A stretch of DNA of 63,401 nucleotides, filler included, from Hausera hauseri (lineage: Eukaryota), in NCBI GenBank assembly GCA_046269625.1. It is 11 parts of 11 records of this genome, joined end to end, with 100 filler letters (N's around TTAATTAATTAA, not from the genome) between each part and the next. Parts side by side here need not be neighbours in the genome. Positions count along the whole stretch, not along the records: positions 39,302 to 43,704 come from JBJURY010599111.1; positions 43,805 to 48,686 come from JBJURY010404812.1; positions 48,787 to 53,930 come from JBJURY010322939.1; 8 more parts are not named here. One strand, given 5' to 3'. Below the pieces are notes generated by a model, which was given only the letters and a program-made list of their open reading frames with translations, did no database searches and was not told where the DNA came from. Every line of letters starts with the position of its first letter. Positions within the stretch are counted from its first letter, which is position 1. The position numbers and the translations under genes are program-made. Positions 39,302-51,948 of the stretch are shown here, piece by piece.

Positions 39302-40214
39302 GTCTACCGGAAAGTTCTGTCCGTTTGTGGAATAAAACAAAAATAAAATTTTCATACCTTTATTAATATTTATTGAATAATACAATTTCCACCGTTATTT
39401 ATGACCTCTTGTCAGCGCGATGCCAATTTGTCATACCATTTTTGAAAAATGTGTTATTTTTAGAGAGGAAAACTCCAGCAGTGCTTGCATGACATCAGTT
39501 TCATTTTTGAATTTTTCCCCTTCAAAAATGTTGTAATGACAGCAACAGGTGATAATCGGAGGGTGCTACGTCTGGGGAGTATGGCGGATGCGATAAAATT
39601 TCCCAGCTCAGCTGTGTGATTTTCTGACGAGTCCCAAAAGTAGCATGTGGCCTGGCATTATCATGATGCAGTATGACGTGTTTCCCGTTGAACATCGCCG
39701 GTTCTTTTTTGTGAGCTCTTTATTTAAATCATCCATTTGCTGGCACAGTATCTCAGTGAATTGAGCTTTTCGTTTGGTTTCAAAAGCTCATAATGTATTG
39801 GTCCTTTCGTATCTCACCATATATTTTTATTTAGTCTGAAGCTCGGTTTAGAAGTAGAGGGGACAGGTTGGCCGAGCTCACAGTATGCTCTTTTTCTTTC
39901 GATATTTTCGTAGGTTATCCACTTCTCTTCCCCAGTTATCATCCGGTCCAAGAAGGGTTCATTTTTGCATGTTCTCTCCGAAACTGTACTTTCACTAAAT
40001 TTCTACACGCTTCTGTATTAATTCTTCCTTGTTGGAATTTGTACAAAATATAGTACTGTAAATGAACTTTCTCGATACCCATTTTTACACCATTGCGTCG
40101 CATTTTATACTAACATGAATCATCCTTGGTATCAGTTTGTCTCATATGAATATTCGCATACATATTGAAACTTGATATGACGTTATCAGACAGAACTTTC
40201 CGGTAGACCTAATA
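39302..40214 (-). mobile_element. Internally deleted mariner transposon with both TIRs
   Basis: TIR GTCTACCGGAAAGTTCTGTC at 39302 and its inverse at ~40189-40208 followed by CTAA-TA; remnants HHDNARPH and HPPYSPDVAPSDYHL. Confidence 0.93.
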
Positions 40215-41418
40215 AATTATATTCATCAGATGATCGGATTCACAGAATGGTGACTCACTATCGGACGAGTATTAAAATAACATGTATAATTTCACACAAC
40301 AACAACGACAAATAATAATGCAAATATTAGTTGAAAGTGACGAAGAAAAATGACAGAAATTTTACTAATTCTTACAATTTGTTTCAATATCATACAAAGT
40401 GGAACAAGTGTTCAAAATAGCTCATTTTTGAAAACTTCTGCCGCATTGTTTGTTTCGTTTGCAGAAAATATTTTGATATTATTATTGCACTAACAGTTGG
40501 GTCACTTACTTGAGTCTAACTGGAAAAAAAACGGAAGTCTTGTGTCTAGAGTGATCTAACCTACTATTTCCGGTAGGGTAACCGTTTGCGTTTGACAATA
40601 GTATTATATATAATGTAAGGTATAATGTCTTGTGAATCTATTTCAAAATGCTGAAACAAGGATTAAGTTTGTCTTATTCTAGCTTTCTAGTGTCCATTAT
40701 TTCCGCATTATTGAAATACAGTACAGCTGCGTGGTCCAAATGTATAAAAGGCTCGAATTCAGATGGAGTTTTTTCTTACAACCGTGTTTTCCACAGTCTC
40801 GGATTGCGTATCAGTGGTAACAGCTTTCATCGAATAGTTGTTGTACGAAAAAATACTTTCTATAGATTGTTTTTAGTATATCTTTGTTTAGAAAGCTACA
40901 GAAAAAGATCGTTTGGTTCCAAGATGGAAAGGAAAACTGAGCAGTTCATTGAAATATTACAGAAATAAATTCAATTCACCGTCACCAGAGCGTGAATGGA
41001 TGAACGAATCAGTAGAATCGTCTCCAGATTTATCGTATTCAACGCCCTGTTATCAGGAAGTTAACTTGATTATGAGATTAATATCGGAACTCATCAGACC
41101 AGTAACTAAAGTTACATACCAAAATTACGTACTGCCTTCAGAATCAATCGGGAATCAATTCAGGTACATTGTGAAGATTTTATGTTTTAGATATTCTACA
41201 TTTGTTAGTATCGGTATTTGAAGCAACATTATTTGATTTTAAATTCATCTTTTAACCTTGTAAAATTTATTTTCTTGTTTGGGCAGTACAGAAAAATCAA
41301 TAAAAAGATTTCTGGGAGATAAATTAATAACACTTACAAAGAACAGTACCTTAGTGCTAATTGGAGGTTTACAAGTTTTACAAGTACAAAATTTTATGTT
41401 TATTATGCTTGTTAGCCT

Positions 41419-43040
41419 TTAACCCTATGTGACAGTTTGTGTACAATTTGCATCAAACCATTTTCATCGATTTATACGTGCTAGCGTTGGAGAATTTTTC
41501 TCTTGAAACCTGTTATTGCGAATTCTACACTTACCTAGCAAATAGTGAGAAACAGAATTGCAACAGTTTATGAGTGTTCATGTTCTTGTTCTTTGATGTT
41601 CACACCTGTGTGTACGAGTTGGCTTGGGGTTCAGTATTACGTTTTATCAATGGGATTTCTTCACGTGTTATGTATTTTATGAATTAAAAATAGGAAATTG
41701 ATAAGTAAAGGGCTAAAGATGTAATAAAGTTGTTTTAGTTTGAAATATTCTGAAACAGTAACTATTTGTACGAGTGTAAACCATTGTGTAAAATTCTACA
41801 CTGGAGGCTTCAATGTTGCATTTCACTAATCTCAAAGCATTTTAGTACTTTGATCAATTTTTATTGTAGTAATAATTTACAAATTGTGTTTATTATTATT
41901 TGCAATGATGTAATTTTTACAGGTACATAACATTGAGTTTTATGATTTTTCATAATTTTGTGTCAAATTTTAGATTTTGAGATTTGATTTCAATGATTTA
42001 CAATGAATACAATTAGTTCAAAAAGCCTTTATGGTACAAAGTCTACCATTGAGAATCACACTCGCACTGCACCCAAGGACAGTTATGATACTGGATTGTC
42101 AGGAAATGAAAGTGAGGATGACATACCGACACCTAATATTTGCAATTATTATGATGACGTGGAAGATGGTGGTAGTGATGAAGATGATGACATCGAGGTA
42201 CCAAGCACTTCTGGAGCTGCACCTCATGGTAGAGATACTGTATTGGAACGTGTGACAGGTGCTGCAGGTCACAAGCCAGTCCCAGTCTGAACGGAAACCC
42301 CTGCGGATGTGGATGAATTGAAGCTGTCGATCGAGTATTTCAGATATTTCTTCTCAGATGAACTATTTGACCATATGGTACAGAAAAGCAACTTGTTTGC
42401 CATACAAAGAAATGTAAACAAACCTCTACAGCTTCTTAGACACGAGCTTGAACAGTTCTTTGGAAGTGTGATGATGGTTTTCATCTTCAAGTATCCAAGA
42501 ACACAAGGGTACTGGGCAAAACAACTCAACTATAGCATATTTCCAACCTCATATCTCGTGACAATGATGGAAATCAAGAGCAACTTGCACATAAATAATA
42601 ATACAAATATGCCTGATGCTAATGATGCGAACAGATATAAACTCTTCAAAATTAGACCATTGATAGTTTCCAGTCCCTCAAAATGTCGCAGATGATGAGC
42701 ATAGATCAACAGATGAATCCTTTCAAGGGGCATAGCAACTGGAAGCAGTACATGCCGAAAAAACCTTACAAATGGGGGTACAAGATTTTCATTCTCAGCG
42801 GAAGTGATGGTGTTTCATACAATTTTGAAGTTTATACGGGGAATATTGGGCAAGCTGATAAATGCGCAGATATTGGAGCAAGTGAGAATATAGTTATGAA
42901 GCTAACAAACATTGTGCTACACAATGCAAATGCTCTGTTGCATTTTGATAACTGGTTTGCATCTTTGAATCTTCTGGTGGAACTGCACAAGAAAGGTTCG
43001 TAGGCGCTCGAAACAATCAGAAGCAATCGTCTGGGTGCTT
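41419..43040 (+). mobile_element. piggyBac element (PGBD3-like transposase pseudogene), 3' truncated
   Basis: TTAA-CCC at 41419; fragments 42003-43040: YFRYFFSDEL, KLFKIRPL, SIDQQMNPFKG..QYMPKKPYKWGYK, FDNWFAS, TIRSNRL. Confidence 0.92.
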
Positions 43041-43490
43041 TGTATCTATTTAATTTAAGAACCAGTTGAGCTTTACATTCGATTTGGACGTCCTTCATTC
43101 GTCTTCCATTGGATTTGTATATTGCCCATTATTTATTTTTTGATAAAAATGGATTCTGGATCCAAATTAATTGGTACTGGAGGTCGGGATAACTCCGACT
43201 CAATAGTACTCATGTCATCGTCTGAAATATCGTTCAATAAAAATCCAAACCTACAACCTTTTAGGGTAATTTGGTCTCCAAAACGAATCTGATTTGGTTT
43301 CTTCATAAAACTTATTGCATAGCCAAAATACGTTTCGACTGGTTTAAATTCAGACTTTTTACATTATCTTCATCTTTTGTTTTGTAAGTTGCAGATTGTA
43401 ACTGATCGTTCACTGACAAATTACATGTAACGCCATCATCATCCGAATTAATGATAATTGTTTCAATTCCTCCTCACATCCCCCTCCTTT
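43041..43490 (-). mobile_element. PPT and putative LTR of an LTR element abutting the piggyBac transposase
   Basis: Minus strand AAAGGAGGGGGA (43490-43479), TGTGAGG at 43478, ending ATACA at 43041 where transposase similarity stops. Confidence 0.5.
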
Positions 43491-43804
43491 AAGAATTTCC
43501 GCAGTTTTTCCACATTTCTTTCCAAAATTCTGCCGTTGGCGTATATCGTCGATCGTGTTTTCTCTCGATGACTTCGTAAGGCCTTTCTCAACCGATTTTG
43601 GTACCCTTTCACCTTCTGGCTCACCAAATTGTATTTTCCTGTACTTCTTCCGCCAACAGGCGCAGGACCGCAGTTTCCCGGTCCGTCTCCGACATCTTTA
43701 TGAANNNNNNNNNNNNNNNNNNNNNNNNNNNNNNNNNNNNNNNNNNNNTTAATTAATTAANNNNNNNNNNNNNNNNNNNNNNNNNNNNNNNNNNNNNNNN
43801 NNNN

Positions 43805-44233
43805 TTCACTCCATTTTTTATGATGTACGGAAGAGAAGCTGCGCTTCCTACAGATCTAGGACTGATTCCATATACAACACAGACGGAGGATTTAGAACAA
43901 AATTTTGTCGAAATATTACAATCAAGACTGCACAAGTGTTGGGAAATAGCCAAGGAATTATCTAAAGTATACCAAGAACAATTCAAGAAGCAATACAATA
44001 AGAAAGCTAAACCTCACGATTTAGAACCCGGAAACTGGGTTTATATACACTATCCAGTAGCAAAGAAAGGCACATCTCTGACGCTTACCAGAACAGGCAG
44101 AGGACCTTATTAAGTTACTAAGATTACGCCTACTACAGTTTATATAAATAAAAACGGTACGGAAGAGGTTATATCAATTCAGAGGGTAGTTAAAACGGAA
44201 ATAAGACCAGTCAAACGCTACAATTTGCGTTCA
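43805..44233 (+). pseudogene. Ty3/Gypsy integrase C-terminus (GPY/F module) of env/RING element copy B
   Basis: FTPFFMMYGREAALP..KKQYNKKAKPHDLEPGNWVYI..GPY*VTKITPTTVYI..RYNLRS. Confidence 0.9.
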
Positions 44234-44284
44234 GGCAAAATTATTAGAGAAACAAAAACGTTGTCAATAGTAACTAGACCAATA

Positions 44285-45578
44285 TCGTATGTGCAAATAG
44301 TCCTGGCCTTATCGTTAATCGCTTCGTATCTACCGAAGGTGAAATCGATAAATCAAGCTGAAAAATTGCAATATGCGGCAAGGGACATTTAAAACTTACA
44401 GTCACCCAAAGTACACGATATGGATTGGAGAAAACCATGTTCGTGGTTCGAAGCAAGTGAACCCATTTAGAGTTATGTGAAATTTCAAATAATATTTGTA
44501 ACTAAATCCATGATGAGAACATGTGATTTTCCACACGGACATCATAAAAGATGCTGTGATTTGGACTTTTGACAAGCCTACGGATACAGATTTCAAATGT
44601 TCTATTCTAATCAGTTTGGAGCTCAAGCTTATATAATTACAGAACTCGTAATAAGAATGCCGCAGCGAAAGGATGCGAATCAAGTCAAGACGGACGAAAT
44701 AATCCGAAGCACTGACCCGTTTAAAAGACTCTTAGAATATAACATTATTGGGATTTCTAAGGACTTTAAAAACCAATGTATTCGAATCAAAACTAAGGTA
44801 GAACTGCATGGAGACAGACAAATTTCTGTCCGATGTATACCATTAAATGCTTCCATTCCTAACCCGGAGTATTGTTATTTGGCCAGACGCCGATCTACTA
44901 TGTGCTGTGTAATACAATTAGGACAAAAATATCAGCTGCAATTCGACTTGTACAATACGTACTCCGGAGAACGAAGTACGGGATATCGTCCGAGAATCGG
45001 AATATGGGAGCTTTCCTTCCCAACCACTACGAGAAGACCATCTACAGTTCCAAGTACAACTCTCACTACTACGATCGTCACTTCGGACGAAATGCCAGAA
45101 AGCATACCGGTTAAGATTTTAGCAAAAAGTGGTAGAATTCTATTTTACGTTGAAGAGACGTTAAATCGAGACGTCAAAATTGAATGTCGCACCCTGCACA
45201 TCAACCAAGTTGTGATCCTGAAAAAAAAATAATCAGGAAGCTGAATGCAGGTCCTTACGGCCGAAACATGACTATATAATCAGAATTATCTCAAAGGATA
45301 AGAACCCTAAAACTTATACAGTGCGGACTGTAGACAACCAAATCTAAGTGATGCGGTAAAGAGATCTTAGTACGCAGAATGCTTTTACCACAAAAGATTC
45401 TATTGAAACAAACAATTTACTGACGATAGTTAAATTAAGTTTATCAATTTTCGTTCTTGTCATATTAACGGCGATGATTTTTCTAGTTTCCAAAAATTGT
45501 AATAAGCGCTGTAAAAATCGGAAGGGAGATAAATGGGTAAAAAGGCACCAAAACGGACTTTATGATAGCATAACCTGA
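44285..45578 (+). pseudogene. Env-like type-I membrane protein (signal peptide, Cys-containing ectodomain, Thr-rich stalk, TM, YxxI tail), decayed
   Basis: YVQIVLALSLIASYLPKVKS in frame with integrase; PTTTRRPSTVPSTTLTTT; TM LLTIVKLSLSIFVLVILTAMIFLVS; KNC..LYDSIT* with TGA 45576-45578. Confidence 0.75.
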
Positions 45579-45681
45579 CAACTACAGATCGGGTTATCCT
45601 ATCATCAGACAGAGAAAATGTTTTGTTTCAAAACGGTGATGTCTTAGGACTGACCTTTATTTTTATTTCAGCAGAGTAAGT

Positions 45682-48114
45682 ATGGCCGAAAAGGCAAAGA
45701 ATCCAGCCGTCAGTTCCAACTACGACATCGATGATTTCTTACAGCAGCACGTTACTGTTCTCAAACCATTATCCAAGAGTTTATATCGACAAATTGGAGA
45801 AAATCTGTAAACCCAGACCTATCTAGAGTTCAATCAAGAGAGTAAAATACCAAATGGACTAAAATGGGGTTTAGAAGAGAATCGACTGGTCCGATTATAT
45901 GCCATGAGAAATCCCAAGGATGCACGGGCATACCTTTTAAGAGATCGGATCCCATATGAGCCGACACATCAGAAATTGTATATACATGTCGCTGATGGAG
46001 AAATTCAATACAGGATCGTAAGACAATCCTGGATTACTCAGAAAGGACAGCAATGAAAGTTTAGTACCTACGAACTATGTTGTTATAGCCTCATGAATTA
46101 TGCTCTAGAATTCAGGATCGCGGACCTTCCGACCAAAATAATGATCGAGATGACGTGGCGAATAGAGGTAATGAATCCACTACCACCATTATTATATATA
46201 CAGAAGCCAACGGAAGATGAAATAGAGCAAAATGGGGAATCTTATAGATTAGTCCCAGGTGGCCGAAATACCCGGATATTGGCAGTAAACTATGGAGAAA
46301 AGGATGACGGATGGTATGTTCCGATTGAGGTCTCTTTCAGAAATACTAATGGAGAAGAGATCATAAATAAAATAATCGCGCCTCGAGCTAGAATAAAGTA
46401 TACTTTTCCCGATGTCACAGGAATTACGAAAGTACAGCTCGAAAAGGGAAAGGATTCCTTGGAGATCCAAGAAGATATAAGCCATTGCTTCTATGTATAT
46501 ATTGTTACCGGATTCCGAGTGCACGAAGCGCTGAAGCGACTAGGAATTAGGCAAGAATACATAGCCGGAATTCCAGAATTGAGCCGAAACCCAGCAGTTG
46601 TGAGCCAAGTAAAAAATACCTTGATGCAGAAAAGAGGTTGCCTGCTTCTGTCAGCATCGCGCGAATCGCAATTTAAGATGATGCTAGAAGCCATAAATGG
46701 CGAACGATCCAAATTCCCTAAGTTGATGACAGCAAGCCAACGGCCCAAATTTATAAAAGATATCTATGACTCCTTACGATGGGATCTCGAATGGAAACCC
46801 AGAAATTACATGCAGAATGCGATATTCAACAATAATCCCAAGACCCTAATACAAAAATTCCGAAAAGGATTTAGTGAATACCCGAGTTATCGGCAAATAG
46901 TACCCCAAGAACATAACTGATTTCGAGTAACAGTTCAAAATAATCCAGTAGAAGTCCGTAACAGCCAACAGAAACCAACAACCAGTCAAGCTCAAAAAGA
47001 AACAATAGTAAAATCAAATAACCCTGACAACTCCAGAAGGCAAAAGACGAAAACTTCCTTCCTGTAATATATTAGTAAGAAGAGTAAACCTAGTAAAAAT
47101 CAAACAGACAAAAATAAACCAGCAGCCGACAGCCCAATTCAGAAGGAACCAACAAACGATGAAAAGAAAATATCGAGCCAACGAGGAACAGAGGAAAACA
47201 ACGAAAATCAGTCAAGAACTACCAAAATTGGATCGTTTAGGACAGAAATTAACGTTCTTCGGAAAAACTGGGAGGAAGATACTCCAATTATCGTTACAAA
47301 ATTCGGTCAAGTGAAGGAATATAAAAGAATCCTCGTCATGACTAAATATCATAGCAAAGGTAAAATCAGAGAAGCTATATTTTATGTATCCACTGTCCCT
47401 AGAAGAATAGTAAGTGGAAACGGATATACGAAAAAAGATACTACCATTGGCAGACACTTAGCCCCAATATTTCAATTAAAGAATGGCAATAACAGATTAA
47501 CAATTCCCGTGGATACCCAAGTTAGAATGCAAATAAAAAGACAATATAAGAAGACTGGAGTACCCGATTTGGATAAATAAGAAATAGTCGAATGGACGTT
47601 GGTTACGGTATCTGAAGATCCAAAGAAAAGTTCAGTAGACCCCAATCAAAAGAGACTATACGGATACTTATACCAAGACAGAAAAGTACTGGTATTCTAG
47701 AAAATAGAAGTGGATGAAAACCTTGTGGATATCGACGCAGCTGAAAAGGAAGAATGTCCCGTTTGCGATGCGGATCTCTATCAAGGATTCGTAGTATTGG
47801 ACAACAAGGATTGCAGTCACAAATATTGCACGTACTGCTTAAAAATGTGTACTGTGAAAAATGGGAAAATGATCTGTACAGTAAGTAGAGCCGAAGCTAC
47901 AAGGCTGAGACACTACTCAAATGGAGAAAACAAGAAAATAGTAGAGATACTACCCGAAAGGGCTACTACATTCTACCATTTTAACTCGAAATCGCAATCG
48001 AACGAGGCGCATTCGGAAGCGGACTTAAGCGGACGAATGGACCGATTACGCGGCACCTCTACTGATGCAACGGGCACATCCGAGAGTGCCGTTCAGGGAG
48101 AAGAAATGTTGTGA
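45682..48114 (+). pseudogene. ~810-codon accessory ORF with C-terminal C3HC4-type RING finger (copy B; one frame, several stops)
   Basis: ATG 45682 and track ORFs 46093, 47311, 47710 share a frame; CPVC..CSHKYCTYC..CTVS; the stop overlaps the LTR start. Confidence 0.85.
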
Positions 48115-48686
48115 AATGATCAACTTTGCAAAATCGTACTAAACGAAACTGTTATCGAAACGGAAACCAAAACAAATTGATTATAATTGAATGTAGTGCA
48201 CAATCCGATATAAAGTTCGAGGTATTAACTAGTGTATATAAGCCGGAAATTATTAAAATTGTGTAAATAGTCAACCAATTTAATTGAAATAAAAAAAATT
48301 GCAAATCGAAGAAAAATATTTTAAATATACGAGTCCAGAACTGTATATAAGTGGATGGATTTATGTACAGTCGTCAGTAGTTAGCCAGTTGTTAATCAAT
48401 CAATTTGAATAAACAGAATCTACATTTGCATCGAGAAGAGTTCACGACTAATAGAAAGACATTGAATTGCATTGTGAATCTTCGATATTGTTATTGGTAT
48501 TTTTCCTTGTTGTTTAATAAATTTTCGTTGCAAACTCTCATATAGTTTTCCGTCGCTCCTTACGAGGGACTTTCACCACACTAAGTTTCAAAATTGATTT
48601 AAACTTCATAAATAGGTCGAGATCCGATAACTACGCAATGCACCACACGCAGTACAAGCATCATAAACTAGTGCATACATTCTAAC
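48095..48686 (+). mobile_element. PPT and 3' LTR of env/RING element copy B (truncated by contig end)
   Basis: AGGGAGAAGAAA (48095-48106) then TGTTGTGA at 48107; same arrangement as copy A. Confidence 0.8.
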
Positions 48687-48786
48687 NNNNNNNNNNNNNN
48701 NNNNNNNNNNNNNNNNNNNNNNNNNNNNNNTTAATTAATTAANNNNNNNNNNNNNNNNNNNNNNNNNNNNNNNNNNNNNNNNNNNN

Positions 48787-49490
48787 AAGTTAAAGCTGCT
48801 CCTCGACACACAACGAAAACATTTCTTGTTGCTTAGAAAAGAAAATGTTTTCTGGAATTAAACGGTGCAACAACCCGACTGGCATTGGCAATGAGTTTTC
48901 TTATTCTTGATTAAACACAAAGGCTTTTTGTTCAGAGACTGTACGAACAAAATTTAACCAGTCACGCGGGACTACAGTACCAATGTTCCTGGCATGGATA
49001 AGCGTATGGTGACTGGCACCGATGCTGATTTGCGAAAGTTAACTTTAGAAAAAGCCATCCCTAAGGCACTTAATATTCGTCGGTGGGTTGATAACCCAGA
49101 AGGAACAAAAACAGTGCACAAGCAAACAATTATTTTGTCATCAATTGTCAAAACATACTTTAAAATGAATGAAAATCATAAGACAGACTTTCTAAAACAA
49201 TTTTGTGGCCTTAATATAGCTAGAGAAGAAGAAAAGAAAGCAAGAAAGAAACAACAATATAATATTCGTCGTTTAAAGCAGAAGCATCAATTACAAACGA
49301 ATTAAAATTTTTCGGTTCATGGTGGTTCTAACAACCAATTCAAAAAGAAATATCGGTCTAAGTTATCCAAGAGTGCCAATCTTAAATCTAAAGCTCACAC
49401 ATCGGAATCTCTTGTTAGTATAGTTGGCGATGCTAGTGAAAAAAGAGGCCACACGCGTACGAATAATGCATGTACACTTTATGCGAAAAC
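48787..49490 (+). pseudogene. TAF1: TAF1 fragment with internal deletion
   Basis: VKAAPRHTTKTFL..CFLELNG..PTGIGNEFSY; VTGTDADLRKLTL; DFLKQF..RRLKQ; GHTRTNNACTLY, matching TAF1 (APWNTT, PTGCGEGFSY, VTGTDADLRRLSL, GHMRTNKFCPLY). Confidence 0.85.
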
Positions 49491-51727
49491 AGAAAAAAAG
49501 ACATTCAAAGGGTCTCTCCTGTAAAAGGCAAAGACGAAAACAATTTGTCAGCTCATACATTCGGCACAGTTGTCCAAAACGAATTCTGCAGCCTACAGTC
49601 AACAACCAGGTGATTTAGATTTAGAGTTACAAACGCTGAATGATAGTGCAGAACCCATTCTGCTGACAGGAGACGCTGAAGGCGCATACGACCAAAAGGA
49701 CCAAAACGGTTGGGATTCGACGGTACCCGGTGAAGATGACGACAATGCAGCAACAATAAAATTAGTCAACAATAAAAAATACCCAGACTATTCTTTTATA
49801 AGTACTCGTACCATTGGTCCTTTTACATTGCGAACAAATATGAAGGCCGACAGATATGGATTTCGAGACGATTTTTTGTCCGACGCTAACCTGATCTCCA
49901 GCAATTGTATGACATAATGGTGGAAATAATGTGCCGACACTAGTGATACGCAGGATGGTTGATGTCGTTATACAGCAAATCGAGGAATATGAAACAACAC
50001 TAAATTCCCTTGAAACAAATTTGAAGATGCACGAAAATTATGCGTCCGATAGTCAAATGGCTGACTCCAGCTGTTTGACCGATCATTTGTCCAACATTGT
50101 CAAAGAGCACGCTTTAATTTCTCTCGATTTAACTCTGAATCAAGATGAGTTATCCGTTGACAACTTTGAGCCTATTGAGCTTTCGCCTACAGGACGAATA
50201 CTATCAAGTTCATTGGATAAAGACAAACCTGGTTCAATATCGACTGATTCATCTACTGATGCAAACATGGAACGAATTTTGTCGGATTTGCATCTGACAA
50301 ATAGTGAAGATGACGATAATTATGTTATAATACCGCGTGACGTACTTGTCGTCAAAACTACGTTAATCAAAATATCGTACGTTTTTGTTGACCCATTTAT
50401 TGGTATTTTACCGGCAATAGGTATACTACTCACCATCCCAAGGACAAGATTTGTTGTTTTTATACCGGAATTCTACGTTATATATGTTGGCCAAATAGGA
50501 TCCAATCAAATCCCAAAGGTATCCGAAATTGTACACCTTTAGGTTATTGCCTACGATTCACCTTTTTCGTACAAATTCTCCCCCGTAAGATATCAATCAA
50601 CGCGTGTCCTGCATACACTCGAAGATTCGTAGTTTGCCCAGGTGAACGGACTATATTTGACAGACCTACGCCACCTTACATCGAATGAGTTATGATCTCT
50701 TTTGTTGCCATGTAATAAATATAATATACATTTTATGGTTATCCGTCTTTTTTCGATAACACGGTATTATTTTTGTTACACATCCTTTTCCATGTTGATT
50801 GTGCCGGTTCTCAACACCGATTCTCAGTTTTGTTTTTTGGTTTTTTATTTATTGCCAATGTGAACAAAGTGGTCGTACATGTCGTTTTTCCTGAATTCAA
50901 TACTCCTCACCATTCGAATATCGTCAAAGATACCGATACTTTCCAAATTTTCAAAACAATGGTTACAGTCGTAATCGCGTGTTGGTTTCAACATACGACT
51001 GATTTCGACAAATTTATTAAACTATATAACACTGAAATATGCCTTGTTATAAATTTCGATGGGCTGGAATGGATGGACACATTTTGTAACATTTTCATTA
51101 TTTCCCTTTGTGCACAGCCACGTTTCAACCGATTGCGTAGTTTCTTCCATTTTATTACCGGTAACTATTACCGACGGTCTTTTGAACCATACTTTTCGGA
51201 TGATACGAATGGTAGGTATGGAATATTGACATCTATCTCTCTTTTGCACCTTGAAGACATTAATATGGCTATTACGAATTACATTATCTCGAGTTAGACC
51301 TATTTTTACTAATAATTCGGTCGTTGGAACCATTGCTGGATATTCCCGGATTTCCTTTAACGAACGGTGCGTGACATTCTCTGTTTCAATCATCAGAAGG
51401 TTACAAGTCCCGTCCAAAAAATATCACAATGTTCTATCACCGCGGCAACCTGTAGTACATAACATAACCGCCTCTCCTTCCTCAACGGGTTTTGTTTTTT
51501 GTACCGCTTCAATACTACCCGTTTATCACCATATTGAAAGATTACCAATTTATTGGCGAGGGGTGATTGATTCTTGAGTCATCGCTTCTTTCTCTAACTT
51601 TACACCATCGGTTGAATTCTACGACAAGCCTCTCTTTTCACCTCAGATATTTTAACCCCGTTGTAGTGGATCTAATCTTTCAGCTGTTACACCAACGACC
51701 GTGGGGTACGGAGAGCGATGCGCAGGA

Positions 51728-51948
51728 ATGCTAAACCGCCCAACCGGCTGCCTATTACCTACACACTTAACTTTGTTTTTTAAATAATAAATTAGTACAT
51801 ACTCTAAATGTAATAAACCATATAGATATTACACTTTTATATGACCATATTTATATGACTCAACGGCTTTGTCCTTGATAGTCTTCAAGACATTGCCTTT
51901 ACGTATTACTACCTCTGTTTTCGCATTATTCCTAGAGTCCGTGGTGGG
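51728..51948 (+). pseudogene. Ubiquitin-like domain preceding Gag (copy 3; deletion/frameshift)
   Basis: MLNRPTGCLLPTHLTLFLNNKLVHTLNVINHIDITLLYDHIYMT / NGFVLDSLQDIAFTYYYLCFRIIPRVRGG then MQ. Confidence 0.65.

Noticed and set aside
45682-48114. Reassigned stop codons explaining in-frame stops
   Set aside because: TAA, TAG and TGA all occur, homologous copies have frameshifts, and DGAT1 and the mucin read normally; ordinary decay.
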